DNA of 64,000 nucleotides from Mobula hypostoma (Eukaryota): NCBI RefSeq assembly GCF_963921235.1, contig NC_086099.1, positions 41,726,001 to 41,790,000 of the forward strand, read 5' to 3'. Shown piece by piece: positions 63,922 to 64,000 of this stretch (position 1 is its first letter; each line of letters starts with the position of its first letter). The notes under the pieces were generated by a model. It saw only the letters and a program-made list of their open reading frames with translations, ran no database searches and was not told where the DNA came from. The position numbers and the translations under genes were made by a program.

Positions 63922-63985
63922 ATGATCAATAAGCTTCAAGCAGTATTCATCACTTCAATAATCGGTGCTTTGGCAGTTCACAATG
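63922..63985 (+). CDS. Exon 1 (signal peptide) of a second tandem granzyme A/K-like gene; continues beyond the window
   Basis: MINKLQAVFITSIIGALAVHN+G|gtgagt. Same 64-nt length and phase as 47111-47174 (MISKLQ vs MINKLQ). Confidence 0.8.
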
Positions 63986-64000
63986 GTGAGTGTATAAGTG

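Overview
Eukaryotic, repeat-rich vertebrate DNA. The repeat families and gene divergence point to a cartilaginous fish, probably a ray (inference). It covers the conserved ESM1-granzyme K/A locus. Host genes: (1) a complete 3-exon ESM1/endocan gene on the minus strand (CDS 5782-5479, 4156-4001, 3716-3613; 187 aa, 18 Cys). (2) A complete 5-exon granzyme A/K-family gene on the plus strand (47111-54576; 273 aa) with an intact frame, splice sites, signal peptide and all four disulfide pairs, but with catalytic His->Thr and Ser->Ala. It is very cationic (about +23), so it is a candidate secreted granzyme pseudo-protease analogous to azurocidin. (3) Exon 1 of a tandem granzyme paralogue at the right edge, with a collinearly conserved promoter. 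Most of the rest is transposable elements: CR1, Rex1/Babar, RTE and R4/Dong retroposons, a decayed ERV (IN end-env-PPT-LTR), mariner/Tc1/hAT MITEs, SINEs, and many palindromic Penelope-type short elements carrying minimal hammerhead-ribozyme cores. Repeat boundaries were read by eye and are approximate unless a TSD or TIR is quoted.
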